A model generated the notes under the pieces. It was not told the DNA's origin and did not search any database. It saw only the letters and a program-made list of their open reading frames with translations. The translations under genes were made by a program, and so were the position numbers. A DNA stretch of 64,000 nucleotides from Vulcanimicrobiota bacterium (lineage in GTDB: Bacteria; Vulcanimicrobiota; Vulcanimicrobiia; Vulcanimicrobiales; Vulcanimicrobiaceae): the NCBI GenBank assembly GCA_963714015.1, contig OY970223.1:2432001-2496000 (forward strand), given 5' to 3'. Shown here piece by piece: positions 10,620-22,237 of the stretch; the first letter of the stretch is position 1, and every line of letters begins with the position of its first letter.

Positions 10620-11595
10620 TTAAGAACGGATCGCCGGTGCCGCGCCGTTCGGAACCGCGATGCTGCGGTACCACTCCACGGTGATGCGCAGGCCGTCTTC
10701 CAAACTGACGATCGGCTCGTACCCGAATGCCTCGCGGGCGGCGGTGATGTCTGCGAGCGAGTCGCGGACGTCGCCGAGGCGATCGCGATCGTAGTGCGGC
10801 GTTCCGGTGAAGCCCGTGATCGGCTTGAGCATTTCGAATAGTTCGTTCAGACTGCGCCGCTCGCCCATAGCCACGTTGAACGTGCGGCCCGCGACTTTTT
10901 CGGACGGTGCCGCAACCGCTTTGAGATTTGCGCTGACGACGTTGTCGACGTACGTGAAATCGCGGCTCTGCTCGCCATCGCCGAAGATAGTCGGCGCCTG
11001 ACCGGCGATCATACCGGTAATGAACTTCGAGAGCACGCCGGAGTATTGACTGCTCGCATCCTGACGCGGGCCGAAGACGTTGAAATAGCGCAGCGAAACC
11101 GTTTCCAATCCGTACACGCAATGAAACGACGCCGCGTAAAGCTCGCCCGTCAACTTCTGAACGGCGTAGGGCGAGAGCGGATTGGCTTTCATCTCTTCCC
11201 GCTTCGGCAGCGTCGCGCGTGTTTCCGTACGCTGAGGAAGACGCCGCATAGATCACGCGGCGAACGCCGGCTTCGCGCGCCGCCAAAAAGACGTTCAACG
11301 TTCCATCGATGTTGGCGCGGTGACTCGTCAGCGGATCGACGACGGACTTCGGCACGGACGGAATCGCCGCCTGATGCAGCACGTAGTCCACGTTCCGGAA
11401 GGCGCGGATCAGCGCGTCGAGATCTTTCAAATCGATCTCTTCGAAGGCGATCGCGTCCCAGTAACCGTCGAGATTCTCGCGCTTGCCGGTCTTGAAATTA
11501 TCGATCGCGCGAACGTCCTCATTGCGCTCGAGCAGGGCGCGGACCAGCGCCGATCCGATGAAGCCGGCCGCGCCGGTCACGAGGTACGTAGCCAT
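10620..11595 (-). CDS. NAD-dependent nucleotide-sugar epimerase/dehydratase, WbpP/GalE-like SDR (frameshift near 11225)
   Basis: TGAAGFIGS, HQAAIPSV, ASSSAYG, SPYAVQK (YxxxK), LRYFNVFGPRQD. Confidence 0.92.
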
Positions 11596-11627
11596 TCTGT
11601 GGAGCGATTGTACCGGCGCTGCCCCGA

Positions 11628-11674
11628 GGGACTAAAGTGCCGGCCAGGCCCGGGACGCGGGGCCTTGAGGTCCC
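11628..11674. promoter_or_regulatory. Candidate NarL/DosR-type operator boxes upstream of the epimerase
   Basis: GGGACTAAAGTGCC (11628-11641), GGGACGCGGGGCCT (11652-11665); minus-strand TACAAT -10 at 11607-11612. Confidence 0.4.
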
Positions 11675-11721
11675 TGGCTCTTCTCCGCGGCGGTGTCCAG
11701 GCCGGAAACGGGCCGGCCGCG

Positions 11722-12363
11722 TTAAGGCTGGAGGCGGCGCACGCTCCAGCCGCCGCGGGCACGCCGGAACTCGAGCCGGTCGTGCATACGGTTCGGCCGT
11801 CCTTGCCAGAATTCGATCATCTGCGGGCGCAAACGGTAGCCGCCCCACGAATGCGGCCTGGGTATCTCTTCGTCGCCGAACCGCTCCGTGAAGTCGAGCA
11901 TGCGCTGGTCCAGAATCGCGCGGCTCTCCACCGGTTCGCTCTGTTCGGATGCCCACGCGCCCAGTTGATGTCCGCGCGGACGGCCCGCGAAATACGCGTC
12001 CGATTCTTCCTCGGGCAACTTTTGCACGTCGCCTTCGATGCGTACTTGACGCTCGAGCTGCGGCCAAAAAAATACGGCGGCCGCGCGCGGCAAGCGCTCC
12101 AAATTGCGCCCTTTCCGGCTGAAGTAGCTCGTAAAAAACACCAGTCCCTGCTCGTCCAGTCCGCGAAGCAGGACGATTCGTCCGGCGGGATATTCCTCGC
12201 CCATCGTGCACAAACACATCGCGTTCGGTTCGTGCGAACCGGCGTCGTGCGCTTCATGCACCCAAGCCCGCAACTGCTCCGTCGGATTGGCGGAGACGTC
12301 TTCTTCGCGCAGCTCGGTTCGCTCGTAGACGCGGCGCATCGTCGCAATGTCGACGTCGCTCAC
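11722..12363 (-). CDS. pdxH: Pyridoxamine 5'-phosphate oxidase
   Basis: EPNAM.L.T, RIVLL, F.WPQLERQVRIEG, WASEQS, WGGYR, EFWQGRPNRMHDR. Confidence 0.95.
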   Translation of the reverse strand: MSDVDIATMRRVYERTELREEDVSANPTEQLRAWVHEAHDAGSHEPNAMCLCTMGEEYPAGRIVLLRGLDEQGLVFFTSYFSRKGRNLERLPRAAAVFFWPQLERQVRIEGDVQKLPEEESDAYFAGRPRGHQLGAWASEQSEPVESRAILDQRMLDFTERFGDEEIPRPHSWGGYRLRPQMIEFWQGRPNRMHDRLEFRRARGGWSVRRLQP

Positions 12364-13281
12364 GGAAAGCGCCCCGCTCCGATGCCGATGAAGATTGCGC
12401 ACGCAAGCGCCGCGGCGCCGGCGAGCGCCGAAATCAGCGAAATATCGACGTTGCGCCGTTCGAACAGCGTCGTCCGTCCGAGCTGCGCCAGTGCTTCCCG
12501 CAACTCCGTCGCGTCACCGGCGCGGCTATAAGCGCCCCCTGTGGCCGCCGCATAACTGCGCAACGCGTCTTCGTTGATGCCGGCAGTCTCGAGCGTTCCC
12601 GGAATCAGCGCGCCGCTATTGGTTCCGATGCCCACGGTATAGAGCGTTATGTGCGCGGCGCCGAGCGCCTGCGCCGCCTGCAGGGGATCGGTTCCCGAAT
12701 TGTTCTCGCCGTCGGTAATCAGCACGACGACGCGGCGATGCGCGCGGGGCAGAATGCGCTGCGCAAGCGACAATGCATCGCCGATTGCCGTAGCGCCGTT
12801 CGGCGCGGGAATCTCGTCGAGCGCGGAGCTCGAGCGCATCCCGGTCGCGTGTGGGCTGCACGATTGCCTGCGCGTCCCCGGCGAACGACACGATCCCAAT
12901 GGCGGTCCCCGCCGGCGTAGCGCCAATGAATGCGCGCATTGCCGAAAGAGCCGCCTGCGCGCGCGTCGGCTCCACGTCGGTCGCATTCATCGAGCCCGAC
13001 GTGTCGATGCAAAGCACTACGGCACCGTCGCGAACCGGAACTGCGGCATCGACGTGCGGTCCGCTGAGCGAAAAGAGCGCAAGCGCAACCGCCCCGACGA
13101 TGATTCCGTTCAGCGCGCGCGCCGGCCAGCGCGGCGCCGCGACGGCCGACACTAAAAACGTCAGGTTCGAGTACTTGATTTGCTGCTGCGAGCGCCGCCG
13201 GTCCGCATAGCGATACGCCGCAAAGAACGCCCACGTTCCCAGGACGGCGGCCGCGATCCACCACGGATGCGCGAACGTCAT
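12360..13281 (-). CDS. VWA domain membrane protein, BatA-like (frameshift near 12835)
   Basis: MTFAHPWW N-terminus, MIDAS DTSGS, TAIGDAL, LITDGENN; C-terminal TM helix. Confidence 0.88.
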
Positions 13282-14051
13282 CGCAGTCCGAACGCGCGCA
13301 GTAATGCGCCTGCGCCGTCTTCATGCCACTCGAGCGCTTCCACGCGCCAATTGGCCGAGCGCAGCGTTTCCATCAAGTGCGCTTCCCGATCGCGCGTGGC
13401 TTGCGCGTAGCGTTCTCGCTCGGCCGGTCCGATGTACAGTTGCGCCGAGATGCTGGTCTCCGCATCGCGGACGCGAACGAAACCGGAGAGCGGGAGGCCG
13501 TCGAACCAGGGATCGCGCGCGACCAGTGCCGTGCAGTCGAACCGGCGCCCGAGAAAAGCGAACAACTCGTCGCCGGGCGCATCCCAGAAATCGCTGATGA
13601 CCAGCAACGCCGTTCCGCGCGGCAGCACTGCGGCGGCAACGTTCAGCGCGTCCTCCAAAATGAAAGCAGCCGAACTCTCGAGCGGAAATTCGTACACGTC
13701 GTCGCTGAAAACGCGCAGCCGGCGATCCTCCCGATTGGCCGCGCTCTCCCAAAGCGCCAGTGCCTCAGCGGCGCCGGCGGAAAGCGCGCGCGTCCGGCCG
13801 GCCTGCATCGAATCGGAAGTGTCGACGAGAGCCGCCAGCGTGAGCGCCACGTCTTCCAGCACGACGCGTGTCTGCAGGGAACCCGAGCGCGCCGTCGCCG
13901 CCCAATCGATGCGCCGAACGTCGTCGCCGGGCGAGTACTGCCGCAGTTCAACGAACTCATATCCGTCGCCCCGGTAAAGCGTCGGCGAGCCGGAACCGCT
14001 GACGCGCGGGCGGCGGCGACCCAGCAGCAGCGCCTCGCGAAGCGCGTTCAC
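13278..14051 (-). CDS. DUF58 domain protein
   Basis: G.EFVELRQY.PGDDVRRIDWAATAR, DTSDSM, ISDF. Confidence 0.9.
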   Translation of the reverse strand: MNALREALLLGRRRPRVSGSGSPTLYRGDGYEFVELRQYSPGDDVRRIDWAATARSGSLQTRVVLEDVALTLAALVDTSDSMQAGRTRALSAGAAEALALWESAANREDRRLRVFSDDVYEFPLESSAAFILEDALNVAAAVLPRGTALLVISDFWDAPGDELFAFLGRRFDCTALVARDPWFDGLPLSGFVRVRDAETSISAQLYIGPAERERYAQATRDREAHLMETLRSANWRVEALEWHEDGAGALLRAFGLR

Positions 14052-14974
14052 GGCGCGGGAACGTCCGCAATGATTTGACCGACGACCTGTTCGGGATCCG
14101 CCCGCTCGATCAGCAGTTTGTGCGTGAAGCCGATGCGATGGCGCAGCACGGATGGCGCAATGCTTCGCACGTCGTCCGGAATGACGAAGTCGCGGCCGGA
14201 GATCAGCGCCTTGGCCCGAGCCACAAACACCATGGCGAGCGTCGCGCGCGGGCTAGCGCCGCGGTCGACGTACGGATTGCCGGCTCGCGTCGCCTGCACT
14301 AAGTCGACGATGTAGCGCTTGATCTTCTCGTCAACGTGGACCTCGTGGGCTTGCGCGCGCCAGGCTAAAACGTCGGCGAGTAAGGCCGCGCCCCGCACGA
14401 GCGCGGTACTATCGATTGCGAATCGATCCATGATCGCGCGCTCTTCTTCCCGCGAAGGAAAATCGAGTTTGACTTTCAGTAGGAACCGATCGAGCTGCGC
14501 AAGCGGCAGCGCGTACGTTCCGTCGGCGTCCAGCGGATTCATCGTCGCAAGAACGATGAACGGGTCCGGCAGGGGATGCGTCTGCGGACCGATCGTCACT
14601 TGCCGCTCCTGCATCGCTTCCAGAAGCGCCGACTGAACTTTTGCGGGCGCGCGATTGATCTCGTCCGCCAAGACGACGTTTGCGAAAATCGGACCGAGCA
14701 CGGTCGTGAAAACGCTCTCGCGCTGATCGAAGATGCGCGTGCCGACGATGTCTGCCGGAAGCAAATCGGGCGTGAATTGGACGCGCTTGAATTCGCCGTT
14801 CAGCGCAGCGGCGAGCGCACGGCACGAAAGCGTCTTCGCAAGACCCGGCGGCCCCTCCAACAGCACGTGCCCGTCCGCGATCAGGCCCAGCACGAGCGAT
14901 TCGACGACTTGGCGCTGACCGACGATCGTTTTGGTAAGCGCGTCCACTAAGGAGCGCGGCTGCGAGGCAATCAC
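14048..14974 (-). CDS. MoxR family AAA+ ATPase
   Basis: LEGPPGLAKT, RVQFTPDLLPADI, LADEINRAPAKVQSALLEAM, GTYALP.AQLDRF. Confidence 0.95.
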   Translation of the reverse strand: MIASQPRSLVDALTKTIVGQRQVVESLVLGLIADGHVLLEGPPGLAKTLSCRALAAALNGEFKRVQFTPDLLPADIVGTRIFDQRESVFTTVLGPIFANVVLADEINRAPAKVQSALLEAMQERQVTIGPQTHPLPDPFIVLATMNPLDADGTYALPLAQLDRFLLKVKLDFPSREEERAIMDRFAIDSTALVRGAALLADVLAWRAQAHEVHVDEKIKRYIVDLVQATRAGNPYVDRGASPRATLAMVFVARAKALISGRDFVIPDDVRSIAPSVLRHRIGFTHKLLIERADPEQVVGQIIADVPAP

Positions 14975-15777
14975 GCGATCGCGTTCTCGCCCAAATGCGC
15001 GAGCAGCTCGTCGATTGCGCCGGCCAATCGCCCGTCGTCCACGAATGCGGCGCGCTCGGCCGCAACGAGCGTCTGCCGAAACGACTCCGGCGCTCCGCGC
15101 GATCGCAAAAGGACGTCGCCAAGCGTCTCTCCCGAGCCGGCCCCGATCATCTGCCGGAGCGCGGCTCTCACCGCCAGAGCATTGGCGCGATTCCGGTGAG
15201 AACGAAGGTGCTCGACCGTCGTTCCCAACGTCTCGTGCGGTGGAGGCTCAGGCGGCGGCTGCGGCGCAACGGGCGCAGGCTGCGTCTGCGGCACAATTTT
15301 CGTCTGCAAACTGCCGCGAACGATGCGCACGCCGGCAAAGAACGCGATGCAGACAATTGCGAGCGTGAGGATCGCGCCGAGCACCATCCGCACCGGCGCC
15401 CAAAAATCCCCGACCGGTCCGCCTTCGACATACAGACGGAGCGCGTTCGTGAAAAAGCGTTTCGGCTTACCGTCGCGGGCGTCGATCGTGTCCATGTATC
15501 CCGGCGTAATGGTGAGCGGCCCGCGCGAGTGGGCTTCAAGCGTCAACGTTTCGCGGTAGAGCGTGCCCGCCGGCCCCTGCTGAACGCTGCGAACGTCGCC
15601 CAGCTCTTCCGGGCCGAAAAACGTGGGCAGATAGACGTCTTGGAGTTGGGCAACCTTCTCCCTGACACGAATTGAGACGGTGACGTTGAACGGAACGTCG
15701 AGCTGCGGGTGCTGCGTATCGGTGGTGAGCGTCATGCTGCGGACGTGCAGCGTCATCAAAGCAAGGGCTGCAACCAC
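14971..15777 (-). CDS. Hypothetical membrane protein, BatD-like Ig-fold N-terminal region
   Basis: Signal-like start, beta-rich domain, TM helix, Pro-rich linker; directly upstream of moxR-DUF58-VWA. Confidence 0.6.
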   Translation of the reverse strand: MVAALALMTLHVRSMTLTTDTQHPQLDVPFNVTVSIRVREKVAQLQDVYLPTFFGPEELGDVRSVQQGPAGTLYRETLTLEAHSRGPLTITPGYMDTIDARDGKPKRFFTNALRLYVEGGPVGDFWAPVRMVLGAILTLAIVCIAFFAGVRIVRGSLQTKIVPQTQPAPVAPQPPPEPPPHETLGTTVEHLRSHRNRANALAVRAALRQMIGAGSGETLGDVLLRSRGAPESFRQTLVAAERAAFVDDGRLAGAIDELLAHLGENAIA

Positions 15778-16829
15778 TGCGCAAAAAGCCTTCGGGCGTC
15801 AAAGGGACCGGGCGAGGCCTCCGGGTGGAACTGCACCGCGGCGATCGGTAGACTGCGATGGCGAAAACCTTCGTTCGTGCCGTCGTTGAGATTCACCATG
15901 GTTTGCTCGAGGATTTCCGGCATCGATTTTGCTTCGACGGCGTAGCCGTGATTATGTGCGGTAACGATGACGTCTCCGTGCTGCAGATCCTTCACCGGCT
16001 GATTTCCGCCGCGATGCCCGTACGGAAGTTTGAATGTCTGCGCGCCGCAAGCCAGCGCCAGCAACTGATGTCCCAAGCAGACACCGTACATCGGCCGCTT
16101 GCCGAGCAGCGCTCGCAGCGTCTCGATGGTCTGCGGCAAATCGGTTGGGTCGCCGGGCCCGGGCGAGATGAAGACGGCCTGGGCCTCGTGCTGCATGATC
16201 TCTTCGGCCGTCGCGTCATACGGCAATACCGTGACGTTCGCGCCCAAACTCGTCAGTTCACGGATGATCGCCTTCTTCACGCCGCAGTCCAGCAGCACGA
16301 TGCGCGGTCCGTCCGGATCTCCCGCCACGTGCTCCACGCGGGTTGCGACGCTGGGAACAAGATGCTTGGTGGTTGCGGTCCGAACGAATTGCGTCAGTTC
16401 GGATTCGGCCCGCGCCAAAGCTTGATCACCCACCGCAAGTGCAGCCCAGATCGTTCCGTGCTCGCGCAGCGCGATCGTAATCGAACGCGTGTCGGCATCG
16501 ACGAGCGTGGGAACTTCTTGGTCGTCGAGCCAGGACGGGAGGTCGATGCGAGCGGCATGATGCGAAGGATGGCGCGCAATGCGCTTGATCACCGCCCCGG
16601 CGACGCAGGCGCGCGGATACTGCGCGACCTCGCCGGAGATTCCGTAGTTGCCGATCATCGGAAACGTGAACGTCAGGATCTGCCCGGCGTATGACGGGTC
16701 CGTCAACGCTTCTTCGTAACCGGTCATCCCGGTGTAGAACACCGCTTCGCCCAACGCGAGGCCTTGGTAATTTAGTCCGGCACCGTCGAACTGCGTGCCG
16801 TCGGCCAAAAAGAGCGCCGCTTTATGCAC
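15756..16829 (-). CDS. carA: Carbamoyl-phosphate synthase small subunit
   Basis: GEAVF.TGMTGY.E.LTDPSY.GQ, GPGDP, GVCLGHQ, QFHPEA. Confidence 0.96.
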   Translation of the reverse strand: MHKAALFLADGTQFDGAGLNYQGLALGEAVFYTGMTGYEEALTDPSYAGQILTFTFPMIGNYGISGEVAQYPRACVAGAVIKRIARHPSHHAARIDLPSWLDDQEVPTLVDADTRSITIALREHGTIWAALAVGDQALARAESELTQFVRTATTKHLVPSVATRVEHVAGDPDGPRIVLLDCGVKKAIIRELTSLGANVTVLPYDATAEEIMQHEAQAVFISPGPGDPTDLPQTIETLRALLGKRPMYGVCLGHQLLALACGAQTFKLPYGHRGGNQPVKDLQHGDVIVTAHNHGYAVEAKSMPEILEQTMVNLNDGTNEGFRHRSLPIAAVQFHPEASPGPFDARRLFAQWLQPLL

Positions 16830-18079
16830 GTTCGTAAACCACTTCTCCGTCGACGATCGTGACGAGCACTTGGCGCGGCAGCGTCATCCCGGCAAAGGGC
16901 GTCGACTTGCCTTTCGATCGGAAGGCTTCCGGACGCACGGTCCATTCGCGGTCGGCAAAGATGGTGACGTCGGCGCGCGATCCCGGACGCAGCGAGCCGC
17001 CGGGCACGCCCAATATCCGCGCCGGATTAACGGAGAGCATCTCGACGAATCGCTTCACCGGAAGCTCCGGCAGCGCATACGCATAGGCCCCGACCGCAAT
17101 CTCCAGGCCGCTGAATCCGACCGCACCGCATTCCAGCGGCGCATGCTTTTCGCTTTCCGTATGAGGTGCGTGGTCGGTGGCAAAGACGTCGATCTCTCCA
17201 TCGCGCACCGCCTTGCGCAGCGCTTCGACGTCGTCGCGAGTGCGCAGCGGCGGATTGACTTTCGCGCACGAGCCCACGTTCTTCGATCTTTTCCTCCGTG
17301 AACGTCAGATGGTGCGGCGTCACTTCGCACGTTACGTTCACGCCGCGCTCTCGAGCCGCCGACACCATCCCGGCGGATTTTTTCGTGGACACGTGCGCGA
17401 TATGCCACGCCTTTCGCGTATCCGCGGCCAGCAAAAGATCGCGTGCGACGATCGCGTCTTCGGCAACTGCGGGACTGCCGCGCAGCCCCATGCGCGCTGC
17501 GGTAGGCCCTTCGCTCATGACAGCATCGCCTTTGAGCAGCTCATCCTCACAGTGAACGATGAAGCAGCCGCGAACTTCTCCCGCAGCGAGTGCAGCATCG
17601 CGCATCACCCGCGCATTCATTACCGTGCTGCCGTCATCGCTGAATGCCACGGCTCCGCTTCGTGCAAGCTCCGTGAAATCCACCGGGTCAACGCCTTGGC
17701 GGCCAACGGTGATAGCCGCTATTGGGTAGACGCGGCAAGCCGCGCCCTCGGCCCGCGCAACGTATGCAACCAGTTCGGCCGTGTCGATTGCAGGATTCGT
17801 ATTCGGCATTGCCGCGACCGCGGTGAATCCGCCGGTGACAGCCGCTGCCGTTCCGCTTGCCATCGTCTCCTTTTCCGGGTTCCCGGGATCGCGAAGATGA
17901 ACGTGCATGTCGATGAATCCCGGTGCTACGTAAGCGCCCTGCGCATTCAGCACGCGTTCGCCGGGTTCGGCTTGGAGATCCCGGCCGATCTCCACGACAG
18001 TCCCGGAGCGCACGCGCAGATCCCCGATCGTGTCCAGGTTTGCGGCCGGATCGATGATACGTCCCCCCTTAACCAGCAT
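16822..18079 (-). CDS. pyrC: Dihydroorotase (frameshift near 17280)
   Basis: DMHVHLRDPG, MPNT, EVTPHHL, KVNPPLR, ATDHAPH. Confidence 0.95.
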
Positions 18080-18082
18080 CCG

Positions 18083-19000
18083 CTACGCTGAAGCCAGCGT
18101 TCGCGCGCCGTTGACGAGAAAGTCCAACACGGCCATACGAACGCCGACGCCGTGCATGACTTGCCGCGCGTAACGCCAGCCCGCAAACTCCAGGACGGAA
18201 TCGTCGAGCTCCATTCCGCGATTGTACGGTCCCGGATGCATCACGATCGTATCCTCGCGCAAGCGGGCCAGGCGTCCGGAGTCCAGGCGGTACTTTTCGA
18301 CATATTCCCGATCCGAAAGCGGCATGGTCCGGAAACGTTCGCGTTGGATCCGCAGGAGAACAAGGGCATCCGCTTCGCCGAGAACCGCGTCCAGTTCGCG
18401 TTCGACGCGAACGCGCGGGCCCATGAAGTTGTCCGGCAAGAAACCCTCCGGCCCCACCAGGATCACTTCGGCGCCTAAATTCAGCAAGCCGGCGATACTC
18501 GAGTGCGCGACGCGGCTGTGCAGGATGTCGCCGATCAGCACGATCTTTCGCCCTCGGAGATCGCCAAATTCCTCGCGCAAGGTGTAGATGTCGAGCAGCG
18601 CTTGCGTGGGATGCGCATGTCCGCCATCCCCCGCGTTGACGACGTGGCCGTCGAACACCAGCGCGACGCGACGCGGAAACCCCGGTTCCGGATGACGGAT
18701 GACGAGCACGTTCACGCCCATTGCGGCGAGCGTGATCGCCGTGTCTTCCATCGTCTCTCCCTTGCTCAAGCTCGACATCGTCGGCCAAATCGTGATGACG
18801 TCGGCGCCCAAGCGCTGCTCGGCGAGCGTGAACGAGGTCATCGTGCGCGTGCTGTGCTCGAAGAACATATTCACGCACGCAATGCCGTCCAACGTCCGTT
18901 CGGGCCGCGCCGTTTCGAATTGCCGCGTGCGCTCGAAGACGTACTCGATCTCCTCGCCCTTTAGGTCGTCGAGGTCGATAAGACTACGCCTGGTCCGCAA
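18083..19000 (-). CDS. pyrB: Aspartate carbamoyltransferase catalytic subunit
   Basis: FFEHSTRT, NAGDG..AHPTQALLD, GDILHSRV, RIQRER, MHPGP.NRG. Confidence 0.96.
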   Translation of the reverse strand: MRTRRSLIDLDDLKGEEIEYVFERTRQFETARPERTLDGIACVNMFFEHSTRTMTSFTLAEQRLGADVITIWPTMSSLSKGETMEDTAITLAAMGVNVLVIRHPEPGFPRRVALVFDGHVVNAGDGGHAHPTQALLDIYTLREEFGDLRGRKIVLIGDILHSRVAHSSIAGLLNLGAEVILVGPEGFLPDNFMGPRVRVERELDAVLGEADALVLLRIQRERFRTMPLSDREYVEKYRLDSGRLARLREDTIVMHPGPYNRGMELDDSVLEFAGWRYARQVMHGVGVRMAVLDFLVNGARTLASA

Positions 19001-19529
19001 CGATCGCGACCTCGTCGGAGTCGGCAGGCGCCGAGCGCACGCTCACCGCCACCCGTTCTCGCCGGCTGGTCGGAATGAATCGCCCAACATAGTCAGCCTG
19101 AATCGGCAGCTCGCGCAAACCGCGATCGACCAGCACGCAAAGGCGAATTGCGGATGGACGGCCCAGATCGGTAACGGCATCGAGCGCCGAGCGGATGGTT
19201 CTTCCCGTGTACAGCACGTCGTCCACGATCACGACCATCTTGCCCGTGAGGTCGCCCGGAATCTGTGATTCCGGAAGCTCGTGCGAGATCGCGTCGTCGC
19301 GATAGAGATTGATGTTCAGGAATCCCAGCGCCGGCCTTCGGCGGCTGATCCGTTCGATGTGGTCCGCCAGCCGTTGCGCCACCGCTTCGCCGCCGCGGCG
19401 AATCCCGATGATGAACAGGCCTTCCTGCGCGTCCTCGGGTTCGAGGACTTGATGGGCGAGCCGGGCGAGAATGCGGTCGATCTCGGCATGTTCTACCAGA
19501 ACTCGCCGCTTTACGGCCGATGCCGTCAT
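18984..19529 (-). CDS. pyrR: Pyrimidine regulatory protein / uracil PRTase PyrR
   Basis: LYRDD, VDDVLYTGRTIRSALDA, VDRG.RELPIQADYVG. Confidence 0.94.
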   Translation of the reverse strand: MTASAVKRRVLVEHAEIDRILARLAHQVLEPEDAQEGLFIIGIRRGGEAVAQRLADHIERISRRRPALGFLNINLYRDDAISHELPESQIPGDLTGKMVVIVDDVLYTGRTIRSALDAVTDLGRPSAIRLCVLVDRGLRELPIQADYVGRFIPTSRRERVAVSVRSAPADSDEVAIVADQA

Positions 19530-22133
19530 CCCGTTTCTCCCATTTCCTCGAGTGCCGCCATAACTCGGGCGAGCTCGCTGCGATAGCCTTCCAACTTTGC
19601 CCGTTCCTTCGCCACGACGTCCTGCTTCGCTTTCGCCACGAATCGCTCGTCGGCAAGCTTGGCTTCTCCCCGTTCGACCTCGGCACGAAGGTGCTGTGCT
19701 TCCTTCTTATAGCGCGCGATCAGCACGGCGGCGGGTGCCGCGGCTCGGACGTCCGCCAGCGCTTGCTCCAAGGTTTGAGCCTCGCCGTCGACCCGCGTCA
19801 CCGTTCCCCATGCGTACATAGCGAGTAACGAGGCGAGCGAGTCCGGGACGGTTCGCGGCACGTGAAGCTCGAGCAACTCCCCGTTACGAAGGCCCATCTC
19901 GACGCGCAGATTTCGAATACGCTCTACGGTGCGCTGAAGCGCTTTGAACGTCTGGGCCGCCTCCCGATCGACGGGGATCTCGGCAAGATCGGGCCAGCTC
20001 GCGGTCATGATAGTCTGTCCGTCGTGCGGAAGCGTCAGCCAGACTTCTTCGGTAATGAACGGCTCGATAGGATGCAGCAGCCGCATGGCGTTGTTCAGCA
20101 CGAACGAGAGAACCGCCGCGCGCGTCGCCTGCGAATCGGGAACCTTCGTCGCTTCCACGTACCAATCGCAGAACTCGAGCCAGATAAAGCGCCAGAGCGC
20201 CTCCGAGGCTTTCTCGAAGTCGTAGCCCTCGAGCGCACCGCTCGCCCTCGCCGCCGTATCGTGCAACCGCGTCAGGATCCATTTGTCGGCGAGCGTCAGG
20301 GAACCGGCGGGCAGGGCCATTGCGGGAGGCAGACCTTCCGGCAGCGCCACCGTGTAGCGCAGCGCGTTCCAGATTTTGTTGTGAAACTTCGCCGCCTCTT
20401 CGCATCGCGATTCGTTGAACCGCACCTCCTGCGCGTCGACGTGCAGTTGGCGCATCATGCCCATCCGAAAGGCGTCGGCGCCGTACTTTTCGACGATGTC
20501 CATCGGATCTATCGCATTACCGAGCGACTTGCTCATCTTGCGGCCTTCCGCATCGAAGACGAGCGGCGTGATCAGCACCTCGCGGAACGGCACCTCACCC
20601 ATGAATTTCAAGCCGAGCATTACCATGCGCGCGACCCACAGAAAGATGATTTCGCCGCCGGTGACCATCACTTGCGAAGGATACCAATGCTCCAGTTCCG
20701 GCGTTTGCTGCGGCCAGCCCAGGATCGAGAACGGCCACAGACCGCTCGAGAACCAGGTGTCGAGCGTGTCCGGATCGCGGGTAAGCTCCGTCGTGCCATG
20801 CTGCTCTCGCGCGGTAGCCAGCGCTTCGTCCTGCGTTTCCGCGACCACGATCTCGCCTGAAGGCGTGTACCAAACCGGAAGTCTGATGACCCCACCAGAC
20901 TTGGCGCGAGACGTTCCAGTCCCGAATATTCGTCAGCCATTGCTCGTAGGTGCGGCCGGCGCGTTCGGGAGTGAAGCGGAGCCGTCCGTCCCGATAGGCC
21001 TCGAGTGCGGGCTGCGCGAGCGGCTGCATCGAGACGAACCATTGTAACGAGAGCAGCGGTTCGATTACCTCGCCCGTGCGCTCGCTGACGGCGACCGCAT
21101 GCCGGTACGGCTGCTCCTCCACGAGCAATTCCAGCGCTCGCAAATCCGCGATAATCTGCTTGCGCGCCTCGTAGCGATCGAGCCCTTCGTATTTACCCAC
21201 CGCAACGTCGGCAGCCGTTATGCAAGCATCGAGATCCAGCACCGAAGGCATCGGCAGATCATGCCGTCCGCCGATCTCGTAGTCGGTCGCATCGTGTGCG
21301 GGCGTCACTTTCACGGCGCCGGTGCCGAATTCGTGATCGACTGCCGCGTCCGCGACGATCGGAATCTCGCGCTCGAGCAGCGGCGGAAGGAGGACCGTTT
21401 TCCCGATCAGGTGCTTGTAACGTGCGTCGTCCGGGTGAACCGCGATTGCAACGTCGCCGAGCATCGTTTCGGGGCGAGTCGTCGCGACTTCGATTCCGTC
21501 CTTGGAATCGCGGGTGAACGGATAACGCACGCGCCAGAGAAACGCATCGCGTTCCTCGTGCTCGACCTCCGCATCGGAGATCGTGGTCTTCGCTTTAGGA
21601 TCCCAATTGATCAGCCGCTTACCGCGATAGATCAATCCGTCGCGATAGAGCTGTACGAAGACCTTGCGCACCGCAGCCGAGAGACCGTCGTCCATCGTGA
21701 AGCGGCTGCGCCGCCAATCGGGTCCGAAACCTAGGGCCCGAAACTGTTTGTCGATCGTGCCGCCGGTCTCGATCGACCATTTCCAAGCAAGTTCGAGATA
21801 TTTTTCTCGGCCGAGCGACTCACGTGATTTGCCTTCGGCGGCAAGTTGCCGCACGAGCACCGCTTCGGTCGCTATCGCCGCGTGGTCGGTGCCCGGTAAC
21901 CAGTCCGCGTTATCGCCGAGCATGCGCCGGTAGCGCGTAAGAATATCCATCGGCGTGAACGTCGAGCCGTGGCCGATGTGCGCCCGCGCCGTCACGTTCG
22001 GCGGCGGCATGCAAATGATGAACGGAGGCCTGGCGGGGTCCGGCTCCTCGTGAAAATAGCCGGCGCTCTCCCAGCGCGCATAGAGACGCGGCTCCACGCT
22101 CTTGGGCTCGAAGTGTTTGGGCAGTTCGCTCAC
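19526..22133 (-). CDS. valS: Valine--tRNA ligase (frameshift near 20880)
   Basis: PPPNVT..HIGH, DHAAIAT, TTRPET, DW.VSRQ.WWGH, DTWFSS, KMSKS; C-terminal coiled coil. Confidence 0.97.
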
Positions 22134-22237
22134 GGTGCCCGTTCTTTTGACGGCTTGCGCCCGTAGCCTTCGCGCCCCGCTCCGGCGGACTTCAGTCGAG
22201 GGCAGGCTCTTCTGCCGCTAGCCTGCCGCGAACGACT

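Noticed and set aside
22134..22237. T-box riboswitch upstream of valS
   Set aside because: About 100 bp only, with no recognisable T-box antiterminator motif.
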